Below, in pieces: positions 10,725 to 23,628 of a DNA stretch of 52,389 bases. Made by a program: the position numbers and the translations under genes. This stretch comes from Octopus bimaculoides (Eukaryota): positions 155,715,496-155,767,884 of the forward strand of contig NC_068983.1 of assembly GCF_001194135.2 (NCBI RefSeq), read 5' to 3'. The first letter of the stretch is position 1, and each line of letters starts with the position of its first letter. The notes beneath the pieces were generated by a model. The model had not been told where the DNA came from, searched no databases, and worked only from the letters and a program-made list of their open reading frames with translations.

Positions 10725-11050
10725 GTTGGGCAAGTACCTTCTGCTATTGCCTCGGACCGGTCAAAGTTTTGTGAGTGGATTTGATACATAGAAACTGAAA
10801 GAAGCCTGTCGTATATATATATATACATAAAGATATATATGTTTGTTGGTCTGTGTTTGTCTCCCACTCCAGCATCGCTTGACAACCGAAGCAGGTGTGT
10901 TTACGTTCCCGTAACTTAGCGATTCAGCAAAAACGACCGATAGAATAAGTACTAGGCTTACAAAGAATAAGTCAATTTCTTCGACTAGAGGCAGTGCTCC
11001 AGCATGGCCGCAGTCAAATGACTGAAACAAGTAAAAGAATAAAAGAATAC
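10725..11050 (+). mobile_element. SINE family 1, 5'-truncated
   Basis: GGGCAAGT...GAAACTGAAAGAAGCCTGTCG-(TA)n-...CATCGCTTGACAACCGA...CAGCATGGCCGCAGTCAAATGACTGAAACAAGTAAAAGA. Confidence 0.9.
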
Positions 11051-12401
11051 ACACACGCACACACACATATATATATCCTTTATGTATAATTACTATATGT
11101 ATGGATAGATAGATAGACAGAGAAATTGATATATAGATAGATAGATAGATAGATAGACAGGTAGGCAGACAAAGAGACAGACAGACAGATAGATAGATAG
11201 ATACAGATATATATATATATATAAATAGATAGATAAATAGATATAGCTACCGCTGTTATTTTCAAGTATATTTTTACTCAGCCCACCCTTTCACAATTGG
11301 TCACATATGCACGCAGGCCGTATATGTCTATGTGTGTATGTTATAATGGTGGCAGCTGATGAAGGAAATGTTCTCTATGTGGCCTGTGTGTTTTCTGTAC
11401 CTTGTTTATCATTTTGTCCATGTTTTTTTGCAACGTCATGTACCCAGATATGCATCTATATATACATGTAGATGAAGGTATGTGCATACATGTACATATA
11501 TATGCATATACTCATATATTATTTGTATATATATATATATATATATATATNNNNNNNNNNNNNNNNNNNNNNNNNNNNNNNNNNNNNNNNNNNNNNNNNN
11601 NNNNNNNNNNNNNNNNNNNNNNNNNNNNNNNNNNNNNNNNNNNNNNNNNNNNNNNNNNNNNNNNNNNNNNNNNNNNNNNNNNNNNNNNNNNNNNNNNNNN
11701 NNNNNNNNNNNNNNNNNNNNNNNNNNNNNNNNNNNNNNNNNNNNNNNNNNNNNNNNNNNNNNNNNNNNNNNNNNNNNNNNNNNNNNNNNNNNNNNNNNNN
11801 NNNNNNNNNNNNNNNNNNNNNNNNNNNNNNNNNNNNNNNNNNNNNNNNNNNNNNNNNNNNNNNNNNNNNNNNNNNNNNNNNNNNNNNNNNNNNNTATATA
11901 TATATATATATGTATATATATGTATGTATGTATAAGTTTGTGACTGTATCTGTGTATGCATGTATGCACACCTGCATATTTATGGACAGAGAGACAGACG
12001 GACAGAGACAGAGAAAAAAAGAGGGATAGACAGAGACAGACAGAGAAACATAGAGGAAGAAAGAGGGGAAAAGAGAGAATAAAAGACGATCTATTGACAG
12101 TGGCTCGAATGTTCGATGTCTTATCTCATCGATTATCTGTGATTTTTTAATGCAGAACAGTGATGCGGACATTGTCACGAATGTCCTGTGGATGTTCATA
12201 GTCCTACACACATGCCTCTACATTTCATGTAGCCTGTAATCTGAAGACACTCAGCATCTATTGTAAATGTAGTTTCAGAAACGAATGAATTATACTGGTC
12301 TGAGGCGAAACTAAAACGATCTGTTAACCTTTCACCGAGAGCGAAAGGAAATGAGGTAACAGCAAAAATGAAGAGCAAAAAAACACACTCGCGTGAGCGC
12401 A

Positions 12402-12437
<36 letters not shown>

Positions 12438-12544
12438 CCGGAGAAGAGTTTAACCACATGATAGAAATATTAGACAAATAACTTTAGTAAATTCCAACCT
12501 GTCTTTATTAATGGCTTTTGATTCTGTGACAAAGCCATTCATTC

Positions 12545-12890
12545 TCTACCAGGGGTTTAATTGATGCCATCGACTCCCCTATTTTGCTGTTACTTTATAT
12601 TATCGACTTCAGAAGGATGAAAGTCAAAGCTGACCTCGTGGACTTGAACCCAGAATGTAAAGAGAGCTGGAACAAATAATTGTATCTACTCCACTCACAA
12701 GGTCAGCAAATTTGAGATAGACAGGTCAGTCGATACCATGAACTACTGTATTTGATTGGTGCTTGACTTTGTCGATCTTAGAATGATGAAAGGCAGAATT
12801 GACACCAGTGGAATTTGAACTGACAACGTAAAGTCGGAATAAATACAGCAAGACATTTTTTTCCCGATGCTCTAACGATTCAGCCAGGAA
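12545..12890 (-). mobile_element. Two tandem SINE family 2 fragments
   Basis: Two reverse-complement cores (GGATGAAAG.CA...GAAC.CAGAATGTAAAG and GATGAAAGGCAGAATTGAC...GAATTTGAACT...CTAACGATTC.GCCAG). Confidence 0.7.
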
Positions 12891-13908
12891 ACAAGACAAC
12901 CAGAAAGCCTCTTTGTAATCAATATCTCTATCGTCTTAATCATAACCCGTTTAATAAGGGATTGGTACAAGACACACCTTAAAAAAGTTGGAATGGTCAC
13001 CAATGTCATTTATGTGACCTTTATTTATCCGATCAAAGTTGGCTTGAACTGAACCGATGCAAATAATCACTACGATAGCCAAGCTATGGTTTTGACGTAA
13101 TACCATGTAGCATGAAGACTATATTTCCATTATATGATATATAGGAGCTGGCTATTATTGAAAGAAGAAAATGAAAATCGTAAAGTTAAGTAGGAAGTAA
13201 TAACCAACCTCCTACTCTCTCTTACGCTCATACAAGTTTCTATATGCATTCGAAGAAACACAAAGAAAGAAAGGAAATAAGAAGAAGAAAGAGAAGGTAA
13301 GAAGAAACGAAAAGAGAAAAAAATGTCCTAACCAGGCTAAAGCACCGTAGGCAATTGTCTTCCTTAATAATTTGATAAGGAAATATCGATTTATAAGGAA
13401 ATCTCGTTTGATAAGAATTGCAGTCATTACTTTGATGCTATGGAAACGGAAGAGCTTAGCGACTGAGACGAATAGACAATAATATAGTTAAGTTTTGAAA
13501 GGTATGACAACTATATGACCAATCAAACAGTCAGTCAAGCTCAAGATCCCAGCACAGCAACCAACAAGCAAAAACATTCATCCATCAAAACTAAACGGTA
13601 AAATACTAGACAGCCAGCAAGCCAGCCAGCCAGCCAGCCAGCCAACTAACCAGCCAGCAGGATTACTAGTTAGCCTGGCAGCCAAATGAACCAAACAGAT
13701 CTCAATCCCAATAGCAAGAATGTTAAGTCAGTTCTTATCAGCAATGGCCTGAGAGGAAGAAATGGTATATGTACATATATACACACCTACATAGGTATGC
13801 GCGTGCACACACACATGCACGCACGCACACAAACACACACACACACACACACGCGCGCGCAAACATTCACACGTACATGTGCTTATGTAAACATTCAAAT
13901 ATCTAAAC

Positions 13909-13941
<33 letters not shown>

Positions 13942-14874
13942 TAGATAAATATATATATAAATATATATATATATATNNNNNNNNNNNNNNNNNNNNNNNN
14001 NNNNNNNNNNNNNNNNNNNNNNNNNNNNNNNNNNNNNNNNNNNNNNNNNNNNNNNNNNNNNNNNNNNNNNNNNNNNNNNNNNNNNNNNNNNNNNNNNNNN
14101 NNNNNNNNNNNNNNNNNNNNNNNNNNNNNNNNNNNNNNNNNNNNNNNNNNNNNNNNNNNNNNNNNNNNNNNNNNNNNNNNNNNNNNNNNNNNNNNNNNNN
14201 NNNNTATATATATAAGCATATACATACATACAGATATGTGTATGTGTATGTATATGTATGTATACAGAGTTTTAGGGCAATGTTCAAATCTAGTAATAAA
14301 GAGAAAGCATTATCGTAGCCCTATTTGCCTAATTTGCTATCGGATATGATAGTGTTTATATCCATGAAATATAAATCATGATAACGTAATCACGTATTTA
14401 TACACGAATACATTTGTGCATGCTCCCGATGGCAAATTTATGAAGGGCAAAATCTATCGGATTCTTGATATTAAAGCACATTTTTGTTTTTGCTAGGTAG
14501 AGCCGTATTTTTCTCAACCGACATAAATTTTAGGTACAGTTGCTTTGTTAAAAAATATGAGTAGTTTGGATATTTTATGTCCTAGGTTTATTCGTCATCT
14601 TCATGCCATCAGTCGAAGGAATTTTCTTGGCCATTTTGCAGAATGGTACAGGTTTTGATTAAATTCACTGAATCCACTGAAATATATCGTCTTAGTTTCA
14701 CAACGTGCGATTGATGACCACGGTTTCATGTTTTGGTATGGCTTCCACAACAATAATATGTGTATTTACGAGGCCTGTGTTTATGGTAAAAGTTAATACG
14801 ATAGCATTTATTATAAGAAGTGATATGAAGTCCTATGTGTTGCAGTATCTCAGTGTTTCGTCATGTGACTATGA

Positions 14875-15442
14875 ATAATTTGAATGTATGAGCAAATTGT
14901 TTTGAAACTCTTTTCATTTGCAGTTCCTCGCTCAACATTCCTAGTTAGGAGCTTCCGGACACACCAGTCATAGCAATTTCGTCAATTCTTCGGTGACGAT
15001 CCTCCAAGATCAGATAATTTTTTCTGATGTCATCATTTGTTCAGGAGGTCAACGGTCGTCCTGAATGAGGTTGGCTCTCAGGCTATAAGCTACCATTCCT
15101 TAAGCGTAGAAACCACTCGTAAACTTGGGGTTTGCTCAAGGCAGTGGCCTTGTAAGCAGTTTGAAGCATGACAACCGTTTCGGCCCCCGTTTCGCCAAAC
15201 AGAAAACAGAATTTCACAGAAGCATGCTGTTCCTTCGTTTCAGCCATCGCAAAAATCGACAAACAGGGGAGAAGCACTGTAGAGCAAAAACACACCACGT
15301 GACAATACCACCTCTCTGGATGCTGCCGGTCGGCATACTGATGCCTGAGGGTCGCATCAAATGGCTTCTAACGGCAGAAGCTCGAACTACAACGGGTTTA
15401 TTCCAAAGAGAACGTTTCCGGTTACTTTTGGGTACCCCCTCG
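14875..15442 (-). mobile_element. mariner transposon, 5' half
   Basis: TA followed by TIR CGAGGGGGTACCCAAAAGTAACCGGAA at 15444-15416. Translation MAETKEQHASVKFCFLFGETGAETVVMLQTAY...LSKPQVYEWF is the mariner N-terminal HTH; decayed downstream. Confidence 0.9.
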
Positions 15443-15445
15443 TAT

Positions 15446-15523
<78 letters not shown>

Positions 15524-16504
15524 TTTTTGAAAACAGATTGATTATATATTTTGCTACTTTCTGAACATATATGTATCAATGTACAATTTGATCTGTTGAA
15601 GTACTGAAGAATAGTGTGAATATGTTGCTCATGCACTACTTAGTAATATTAATGACATAGTTAAAGGGGGGAAATTGCAACAGGGAATCGAAATGAACAA
15701 CAGAAACACAAGACAGTTATACTTAACATGAACACGTACATCAATACACAGCCATATGTATACACAAAATGCCAGATATAAATGTAAACAAGCGTCAACG
15801 AAATGTAGAAAATCATCGATCAATTTTAAGAGTAAACTATTCATTAATTTCAAACTGTGCTTTGTTTCTGCAGAACACAAGGAGAAATTTTGTTTTCGGT
15901 AAGATCATAAACATTGCCTCGGAATTGATCCTTGGGTAATCTACATCAAATATACCTATTTTACATAATTAGTGAAATGACGACATTTCTATAAAAATAA
16001 CTATCATGTAAGGAACGATAAAGAAACGAATTTCTCTTTTGTATATCTCATTTAATTCTATCTATTACTGCGATAATAAATTTCATGTTTACCAAAATTA
16101 ATGAGTGATTCCTGAATTTAAGACAGCACTTTCGCCTTTGTCACTCTGTAGTAAGTATAATATTGTTTCGGAATCTGCGAAACATTTTTTTCCATTTCTT
16201 TTTCTTTAATTAACTTTTGTCTAAAGTGTTGCATTAATGAGAAGTAGTGCCAAAATTATTGTTGGTTTAAAAATACTATCTTATTTCACTGAAAGTCATT
16301 AGTGCTGCCGCATTATAAATATTGATATTATTAATTAATTGAATAGGTTTCATTGATGTATTCAAAGATGGACTGCTCCCCATTGAAAGGCAATAATATA
16401 ACAATGAACAACAGAAACAGTTTGATGTAAACCATCTGAAAACATCTGATGTAATCAAACCCTTCCAGAACAACAACAACAACAAAAACAACAACAACAA
16501 CAAC

Positions 16505-16569
<65 letters not shown>

Positions 16570-16574
<5 letters not shown>

Positions 16575-16960
16575 TGCCCTGATGCGGCACCAGGCACTAG
16601 CATTCATGGCTTCTGATGTCAACAGATTGAAAGTGTTATCATGTATATTTTTTGTCTTGGTATATAATTTGGGCTACAGCAAATATTCTGCTCAATACCA
16701 AAGATTTACTTGTCAGTTGCTTGATCTTAACCACTTAAGCATGTCATTTAGTGGCTGACGATATGTGCAGGGCAGAAGTAGTGGGGGAGCATCATAGCCA
16801 TGTGTTGAGAACAGTTCTTTAGGGTTTAAATAATTCACCTGTGTAAATTGGGTGTTTCATTCAACATCTTTAAACAAACCTTATTCAGGGACTTTTAAAG
16901 TGAGACCTCAAACAATTTTTAATTGGGCCCCACCTGCAAGGTCATGCACTGTTTACCTTT
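16570..16960 (-). mobile_element. Interspersed repeat, probable LINE 3' end with (ATT)n tail
   Basis: A GC-richer block on the minus strand ends in GGGCATTTTT followed by a long (ATT)n/(GTT)n tract (16467-16570). I recall it as an abundant repeat but cannot assign the clade. Confidence 0.5.
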
Positions 16961-17024
16961 ATATGAGATTTACATTTCTATATTTAAGAGATGAGAAATT
17001 CGACAGATATTTTGTCCTCATCTT

Positions 17025-17062
17025 GTTTCGGCTGATACACCATCCTGCCTTCTTCAGGTGTC
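17025..17062 (-). ncRNA. Hammerhead remnant lacking the cleavage site
   Basis: GACAC-CTGAAGA-A-GGC-(14 nt)-GCC-GAAAC. The following bases (AAGATG) supply neither an NUH triplet nor a partner for GACAC. Confidence 0.6.
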
Positions 17063-17119
17063 TTGGGGAAATTTTGAACTTGGGTTCTCATTCCTAAGGT
17101 ATTTTTCGGTGTTATTATT

Positions 17120-17186
17120 ATTTGCTTGGAATCGAACGCGGAATCTTGGGGTTAGCCCGCGTTCTTAACCACTACGCCATATGCCC
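17120..17186 (-). promoter_or_regulatory. tRNA-like Pol III internal promoter (A-box and B-box)
   Basis: A-box TGGCGTAGTGG (17179-17169) and B-box GTTCGATTCC (17137-17128) at tRNA-like spacing. Confidence 0.7.
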
Positions 17187-17944
17187 GTGGAGAATTATGG
17201 AGTGAATTTTAGGGCTTATAAATCTAATATTCTACTATCCTTCCTTAATATCGGTTCCCATATGCTACTCATAGCTGCACTCGGTATGCTTAGGAGGTTG
17301 TTGTGTCTTAGCATATGTGCTGCTTCTTTTAGTTTTCGTATTTTCCAGTGGTGTTCTCTGTCTATTATTTTAACTTCATCCCACAGGGGAAGAAGGTCTC
17401 AATTTTTTCATACATGATCAGCTATACCCAATTTATCAATATCTCCTCATGTCACAGCTTTTCGATGTTCGTCTACTCTTATTCTGAGGGTGCGGCATGT
17501 TTCGCCTTTGTATGACCTACCACAGCTGCATGGGATGGAGTACACGTAGTCTTTGGTCATATTCTCTTCTATTAGTGGTTTTATTCGAAGAAGATATTTG
17601 CGAAGTGTTGTATTACTTTTGAATATTGTCCTGATGTCATATGGGCCACATATCTTTTTTATCTTTTCGGAGAGGACTTTCACATAGAGTAGACAGACTA
17701 TGGACAGTTTATTGGCCGCATCCTCTCTCTTGTTCATAATTGGAGCGGATAGTATACTTTTGGGGTAGTTGTTGCTTAACAGATCGTTATTGAGCTTGAT
17801 CATTTCTTCGTGGTGTGTATCACGATCGCTACTAATATTCTTTGCACGATGTTTTAGGCACTGAGCAATCCCTCTCTTTACACTTTGTGTCTGTAGAGCT
17901 TGTCTCGAACCAGCAGAACGTCTCCCACGTGGTAATGCCAAGCC

Positions 17945-19560
17945 AGGGATTTCTGAAAATTATCCTTAGGTCTCAACCAAAAAGTCCTCCGGAAAAGATG
18001 AGCTAGCTGATTGCTCATTGTCGAGACGTCCCAAGTAAAAACGCCCAGCATCTGAAGAAATCAGGCTGCCTCGACTGAGTCGGGGCGTACACAGTGAATA
18101 GTCTATTGCTCACATCCAAGACCACTAACTTACCATCCGTGTCCAGGAAGATCGTCCGTATCTCGAGATCCAGAACTTTCCTAAACAATATTACCATTCC
18201 ACCTCTCATTCCAGGCCGACTAAGAGGTGCGTAAATCTCAAAGTTGTCGAAAATAGGGGCCAGATCGTGTGTGTCAGAGATCCTGGTCTCCCTGACGCCC
18301 GACACATCCATAGCTAGTGACCAGAGGTCGTTGAGCAGGTGGCATTTCCTTCATTTATACAACCTTCTCTTAAAAGTACCATGATGCTCGGAAAGTGTTC
18401 AGAACAAGAGAAAAAATAGTGTAGAGGGTGTTACTTACCTATTGGATGTCGCTGGAAGTCAGGTGGTTCAACCATCATATCATGTTATGGTTCCTTTGGG
18501 AACCTCCTTCATAGCCTTATTCTTTCACATTAGGGGTTCTCACGTCGTGAGGGAAGCTCTACCTAATATTTTCATATATGGCTGGTTGTTGCTGTTGGGA
18601 GAGTTTCCATTTAGGGATTTGTTATGCTTGTGGTAGTGTTTATGAAGCTGTTGGTGATAGCGGTGGTTGTGATAGCGGAGGTGCATCTGTTGTTGGTCTT
18701 GTTGTGTTGTTGTTGCTGCTGTTGGTGTTCTTCCAGCATTTACTGATTTTGCTGTTCCTGTTCAGGATGCCATTGTTGCTGGGGTCGGTGTCGCTTTTGT
18801 TGTTGTTCACTGATGGTTTATTTCTTGTGGCTTTTGGGGACCTGGTGCTAGCAGTAAGAGAGTTGTATAATTCCTTAACTTTGTTGAGAGAAGAAAGCTT
18901 TCAAGTGGCCAGTTTCCCCGCACAGTTGGAACCGAGGCCTTCTTCACTCCCTCAAGGGAGGCGAATAAAGTTCGGAATTTTGTGGTTCCTGTTTGCTTTG
19001 ATGTGAAGTAACACCTCCATACTGATCCCACACTAATTATCCAGACAGGTTGGCTTCAACTCCAGGGGGCACCTCTCTTCCAAGACGACGCAAGCCAAAA
19101 TCCACCATTTATTAACCGTATGTGAAATTCCTGAGAATTTCCCGCTCACCATCTTCCTTCCAAAATTATGATGAATGGAGTACATATTTTTCGCATCCAC
19201 AGCGAACCACAGAGTAATTCGCTGTCGGTACGATAGCACAGAAATGCCCGCCAATTGCTTGACTCTCAGGATATACTGAATGTCGGGCATTATTACTTTC
19301 AACATCCTTTCTACGTCTGTCTGATTAGCTGTCTCTGGCCGTTTTGTGTTTTTTTTTTAAATATTATTTTTTGTATTTATGCCATCATCTCGAGCTGGTG
19401 GGGATGACTATGACATCCCATGATATTTCAAGCTTGATCAGTTTTGCCGCTTGGGCTAGACGTATGTCTTTCTTTAGGATATCCATCTTATACAGTTCAC
19501 TGCATCTAACAGCCGTTGCTTCGACTGTACTACAGTTGTCATTGTTGTTGATGTTGTTAT
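17945..19560 (-). mobile_element. L1/Tx1-like LINE 5' region: ORF1 relic and AP endonuclease
   Basis: ORF 18015..18311 (VRETRI...GGMVILFRK.L...IFLDTDGKLVVLDV...FTVYAPT...PDFF) matches the L1/Tx1 APE domain. The upstream S/T/N/P-rich broken frames are assigned to ORF1 by position only. Confidence 0.75.
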
Positions 19561-20204
19561 TCACGATGGAAATGTTGCTATTTGTGTTACCGAAGCTGCT
19601 GTTCTTTTTATTTTTTCCCTTCTGTCATAAAATTTGTTGATGCTGTGGTGGTGGTGGTGGTGGTGGTGGTGGTGGTGGTGGTGACGTTGGTAGTGGCTGT
19701 GCTTGTGGTCGTGTTATCACTGTCGTTTGATATTTGTGGTATTTTCACTTTAATTGGAGGCAAAGTCAATTTCATATTTGGAATTAAGTTTCTGTATTGT
19801 ATTATCGTTGCTGTTGCTGCTGCTGTTAGCCGTCATAATAGTAGCAGGTGAGTGTTCAGCCCCACCTTCCATTTGAGGATCGAAAGCGGAGGACTCTGAC
19901 GTGAATAGTTACTCAGTTATACCTATCACCGATATCCTTTTCTATGTCTCTGATCAAGGTGGACTTCACCATGTTTCTTTTTGCGATTATTTTTCCCTAA
20001 ACGAAATAAAAATTTTCATTTTGACTGAGAGCACCCAAAACGGAACAAACATGCAAGCCAACCAGACCTAAGCAATGCTGATGGTTTCAAAAAGCGTTTT
20101 GTAACAACATTAAGCTATTAACAACTTTTGGAGACACAAATATAACGATAAATTTACAAACGATACGACACGCGACAAGCCAGTGCGAATAATAATAATA
20201 ATCC

Positions 20205-20320
20205 TTTCTAATAAAGGCACAAGGCCTGAAATTTGCGGGGAGGAGCCAACTGAATTTCATCGACCCCAGTGTTTCACTGCCACTTAATTTATTGCCCTCC
20301 GAAAAGATGAAAGGCAAAGT
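20205..20320 (-). mobile_element. SINE family 2, 3' fragment
   Basis: AAAGGCACAAGGCCTGAAATTTG.GGGGAGG...CGACCCCAGTG...TTAATTTATTG.CC.CCGAAA.GATGAAAGGCAAAGT is the reverse complement of 3380-3500. Confidence 0.8.
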
Positions 20321-21749
20321 CCCCCCTCCTCTTCCAATGGGTACTGAGTGCTGCTGAAATCATTCACACGATAACATAGCCATTCAACAGCTACCCCAAC
20401 CACCCAAAAAATGTGTTAGCCTTTTCTATTACTTTCTATGTTTGCTAAAACTTTGAGATGTTTACAGACTTTTATATCTTAAATACGATGTGATTTTCGA
20501 AAGCTGTTGTGAGATGTTGTTTATAAATTTCTTTATCATAGCTATGCTAGTCCCAACCTCTCGACACTCATCTCAAATTCCTATCGGAATTTACATATCA
20601 TGTACAAGAACTCCCTTTATACATTCTAAGGACCACATTCCTTGGATAATGGAACTGCAAATGTAACATCCAACATATATTTTTATTTTTATTCTCATAT
20701 TTCCCTTTATACTTCCTATATCTCATCCTTTCCAAAATAACTCCTTATATTGAACTCTAATATTTACTTCTATTTAACTCTCTTATACTCTTTATACCTC
20801 CGAAACAGCTGTAAGATTACCTTTATTTTTGTAAATGTCCTAGAAATTTCACACTTCCTTGGCTCATTTGTTGACTCATTTTTATTTAACGCACACACAC
20901 ACACACACATGTGTATATATACACGTCCCACAGTTTTTGAGCTGTAGAGAAAGTCTCTACTTTTTTCTGAAATCAGCCGTGTTCAAGTCTTATGAGTGAA
21001 TTCTAGTTGACGAACTGAACAGATTAATTTTGTCACATCGTGTGAAAGGTCTGCCATGGTAATATGTTTAAGAATTACTCAACCATCTGAACCTGTAAGC
21101 CATGTTATTTTTAATTTAACCTCAGGCAGACTCTGCTCAGCGTGTTGTTTCAATAAAGATATTCCAACGGTGAAGATACCGTATTATTCGACCTGGAATT
21201 TGTGTAATGTATCTCGAAATATGTTCGTCCTCTTTTGTACGACGCATGTAGAATTAGAGTGAAATTTGGCTGATAGTTTTATCAGGTCAAGTTACCATAC
21301 AAAATTTTCTAAATTGCCTCAAATTACGTCACACGACACTGACTGGGCAGTTCCGTCGATCGAACAGGCAAACCTGTTTACATCGAAATTAACGCGAGAT
21401 GTATAAAATAAGTGGTATGAAATACAATTCTGCAGACAGTTAGACTACAGTTTTGAGCATTTCTTATATTCTTAGAGTTATTTTAGCAAAACAAGCAGAG
21501 AACTGCGTTAACCTCGTCAGTAGAACTTTCACCCAATTACCAGCTAATTGATTTAGATAGTCTATGTCTAATCTATGTCTGAAAACTGTCCTCAGTAATT
21601 ACTAATCTTTTCAGTTTCTTTGAAGAAGTCTTTACAGATTATAATGTTCTTTCAAAGTCTTCAACCTCTGCTTCTATTCTTGCTAAACTAAAATTCCTAT
21701 AGACACGACTATCTATTTAAAAGTATGTAAATTTATATATATTTGTGTT

Positions 21750-21792
<43 letters not shown>

Positions 21793-22230
21793 TTATATAT
21801 ATCATATATATATATATGTATGCACATTTATGTATACTTGTTAATGTATGAGTGTATGTATGCATATATGCGTAGAGATTTCTATGTAAGTACGTTTCTA
21901 TGTATGAACGTTCTAGAGTTCTATAGTCTGTTTTACCTATCAGGGCTGACGTCATGCTGATGGATGTACATATAGGTATGTGTTTATGTATAAGTATGTC
22001 TCTGTATGCCTGCGTACGTGTGTGTATCCGCTATTAGGCACGCACATACTCAATTAACTCGCCAACACAGGTTGTAGTTACTTATGTAGGCAATTACAAG
22101 AAGCTTTAATAAATAGAAAAAGAAATTAATAGTGAAAAGAAAACGAGATGAAGTAAATAAATAATATTAAAAGTAATAATGATAATAATAATAATAATAA
22201 TAATAATTATTAATATTATTATTATAATTA

Positions 22231-22292
<62 letters not shown>

Positions 22293-23628
22293 GAGAGATA
22301 AAAGACGAGAGAAAGTAAGATCTACGTCCAAATCACCTGAAGCAGTGTCAACAGACATCGTGAACTTTTCAAAAACTCATTGTCTGCTCGCTGAAAATAT
22401 GATAATTTAATCAAGAATTTTTTTTTTCTAATCACAAAATAGAAAGACTGAACTACGAGAAACGCATCAGTTAAAAAGAGGGGTCCAAAAACAGCCTCTA
22501 GCGAATAACAGTAGGAAGCAAATTGTAAATCACTGTTATATTTCTTTAAGCTTTTCATCAGGAGATGAAACTATAAAGAAAAACATGAAAAAAGAAGATA
22601 CGGGAAGGGAGGAAATCAATAGCGCATAACGAACCTGAAAACTAGACTGATGTTTGTATTTGTTGTTTATTGAGGCGAGAAATTTAATCTGAGGCTTATC
22701 AATACTAGTTTATTTTGCTTTTTAACCTTGCATTCTTTTTCTTTTCTTTTCTTTCTTTTTCTTTCTTTCTTTCTGTTTTTTTTTATTTATTCTGCGTCTG
22801 TGGACATTAACCTATATTTACATATTTAACTATTTTAGCGTTCACCATAGAAGCAAGTTGAAAATCTTGTGATGTGTCAAGTTTGTGGTTCGATTTCGAT
22901 TACCGCCCTTATAATTTGCTCACATTATCATATTTCCTAAATACTATTCCGTTCCTCAGCCCTGCACAAAAATAGGACTTCTGTGTCATGTGAAAAGTCA
23001 TATAGGCTTTTATTACATTTTTGCAGCATTTTATCAGCATGCGTTGCATAGTCCAAAGAAACTGATGGTGGTCTGCATCGGAAAGACTTGTAATATTCTG
23101 AAAAATCAACAGGAAAAGTACAGTGAAAATAGGGTACAGAAAAGTGTATAGAAAGTTTCGGTCTGAGTCATTATTCAAGACAAAACGGCAGAAGAAAACT
23201 AGAAAATAATTTGAGGAACTAGCTGCGACTGTCGAAAACGCAAGGCAGCGTGAGCGCCATTAGTAGAAAAACTGGATTAGAAAAGGGAGAAGGTAAGAGA
23301 AATAGAGAAATGAAAATAGGAAAAGAGAGTCTGAAGATTGTGAAGTGGAGGAAAAATTTGAAGAGGGGAGCTGAAAGACAAGCAAGAGGAGGAGTAGAAG
23401 AAAAAAAGAATGCTCATTTAAACTCGTCGGTGATGCGATTCCTATTTTGGGTATTAACATTGCACCTTTTTTTTTAACCTTGCATTTTTCTCCCTGTCTT
23501 TTTTTACTTTGCACTGTACATAATATAGAATAAGAAATGAGCTATTTCTAGCAGACTGAGTGACTGCAAAAGGATTTCTCCATGGGATTGCAGCAGCAAA
23601 GTTTAATATAACTTACCATTATGCGATA

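Larger units (their letters stand above)
16965..17941 (-). mobile_element. Penelope-like element: end of RT region, GIY-YIG endonuclease and 3' pseudo-LTR region
   Basis: ORF 17447..17941 contains VYSIPCSCGRSYKGETCRTLRIRVDEH (GIY-YIG). The same frame continues through three stops to WDEVKIIDREHHWKIRKLKEAAHM...WEPIL and ends at TAA 17218-17216. An HHR remnant lies downstream. Confidence 0.92.

Noticed and set aside
11355-11400. CTGATGAAGG hammerhead-like start
   Set aside because: No stem II closure or downstream GAAA/NUH; at most a deleted relic.
12156-12477. Peptide-like frames on both strands (ERLTDRFSF...CRGMC on minus; NSDADIVTNVLW... or MSCGCS* on plus)
   Set aside because: The minus ORF starts in a (GT)n tract, the readings are mutually exclusive, and I recognise no family.
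14330-14760. Possibly coding-derived minus-strand segment (KPVPFCKMAKKIPSTDGMK; CFNIKNPIDFALHKFAIGSMHKC)
   Set aside because: Many stops and no recognisable motif; it would need a BLASTx or HMM search to support.
21441-21523. Minus-strand CTGACGA...CTCAAAAC-TGTA-GTC
   Set aside because: Needs G12A, a ~55-nt loop II and almost no stem II; too weak to support.
22530-22565. Minus-strand CTGATGA-AAAGCTT-AAAGAAATATA
   Set aside because: No stem I complementarity and no proper stem II.
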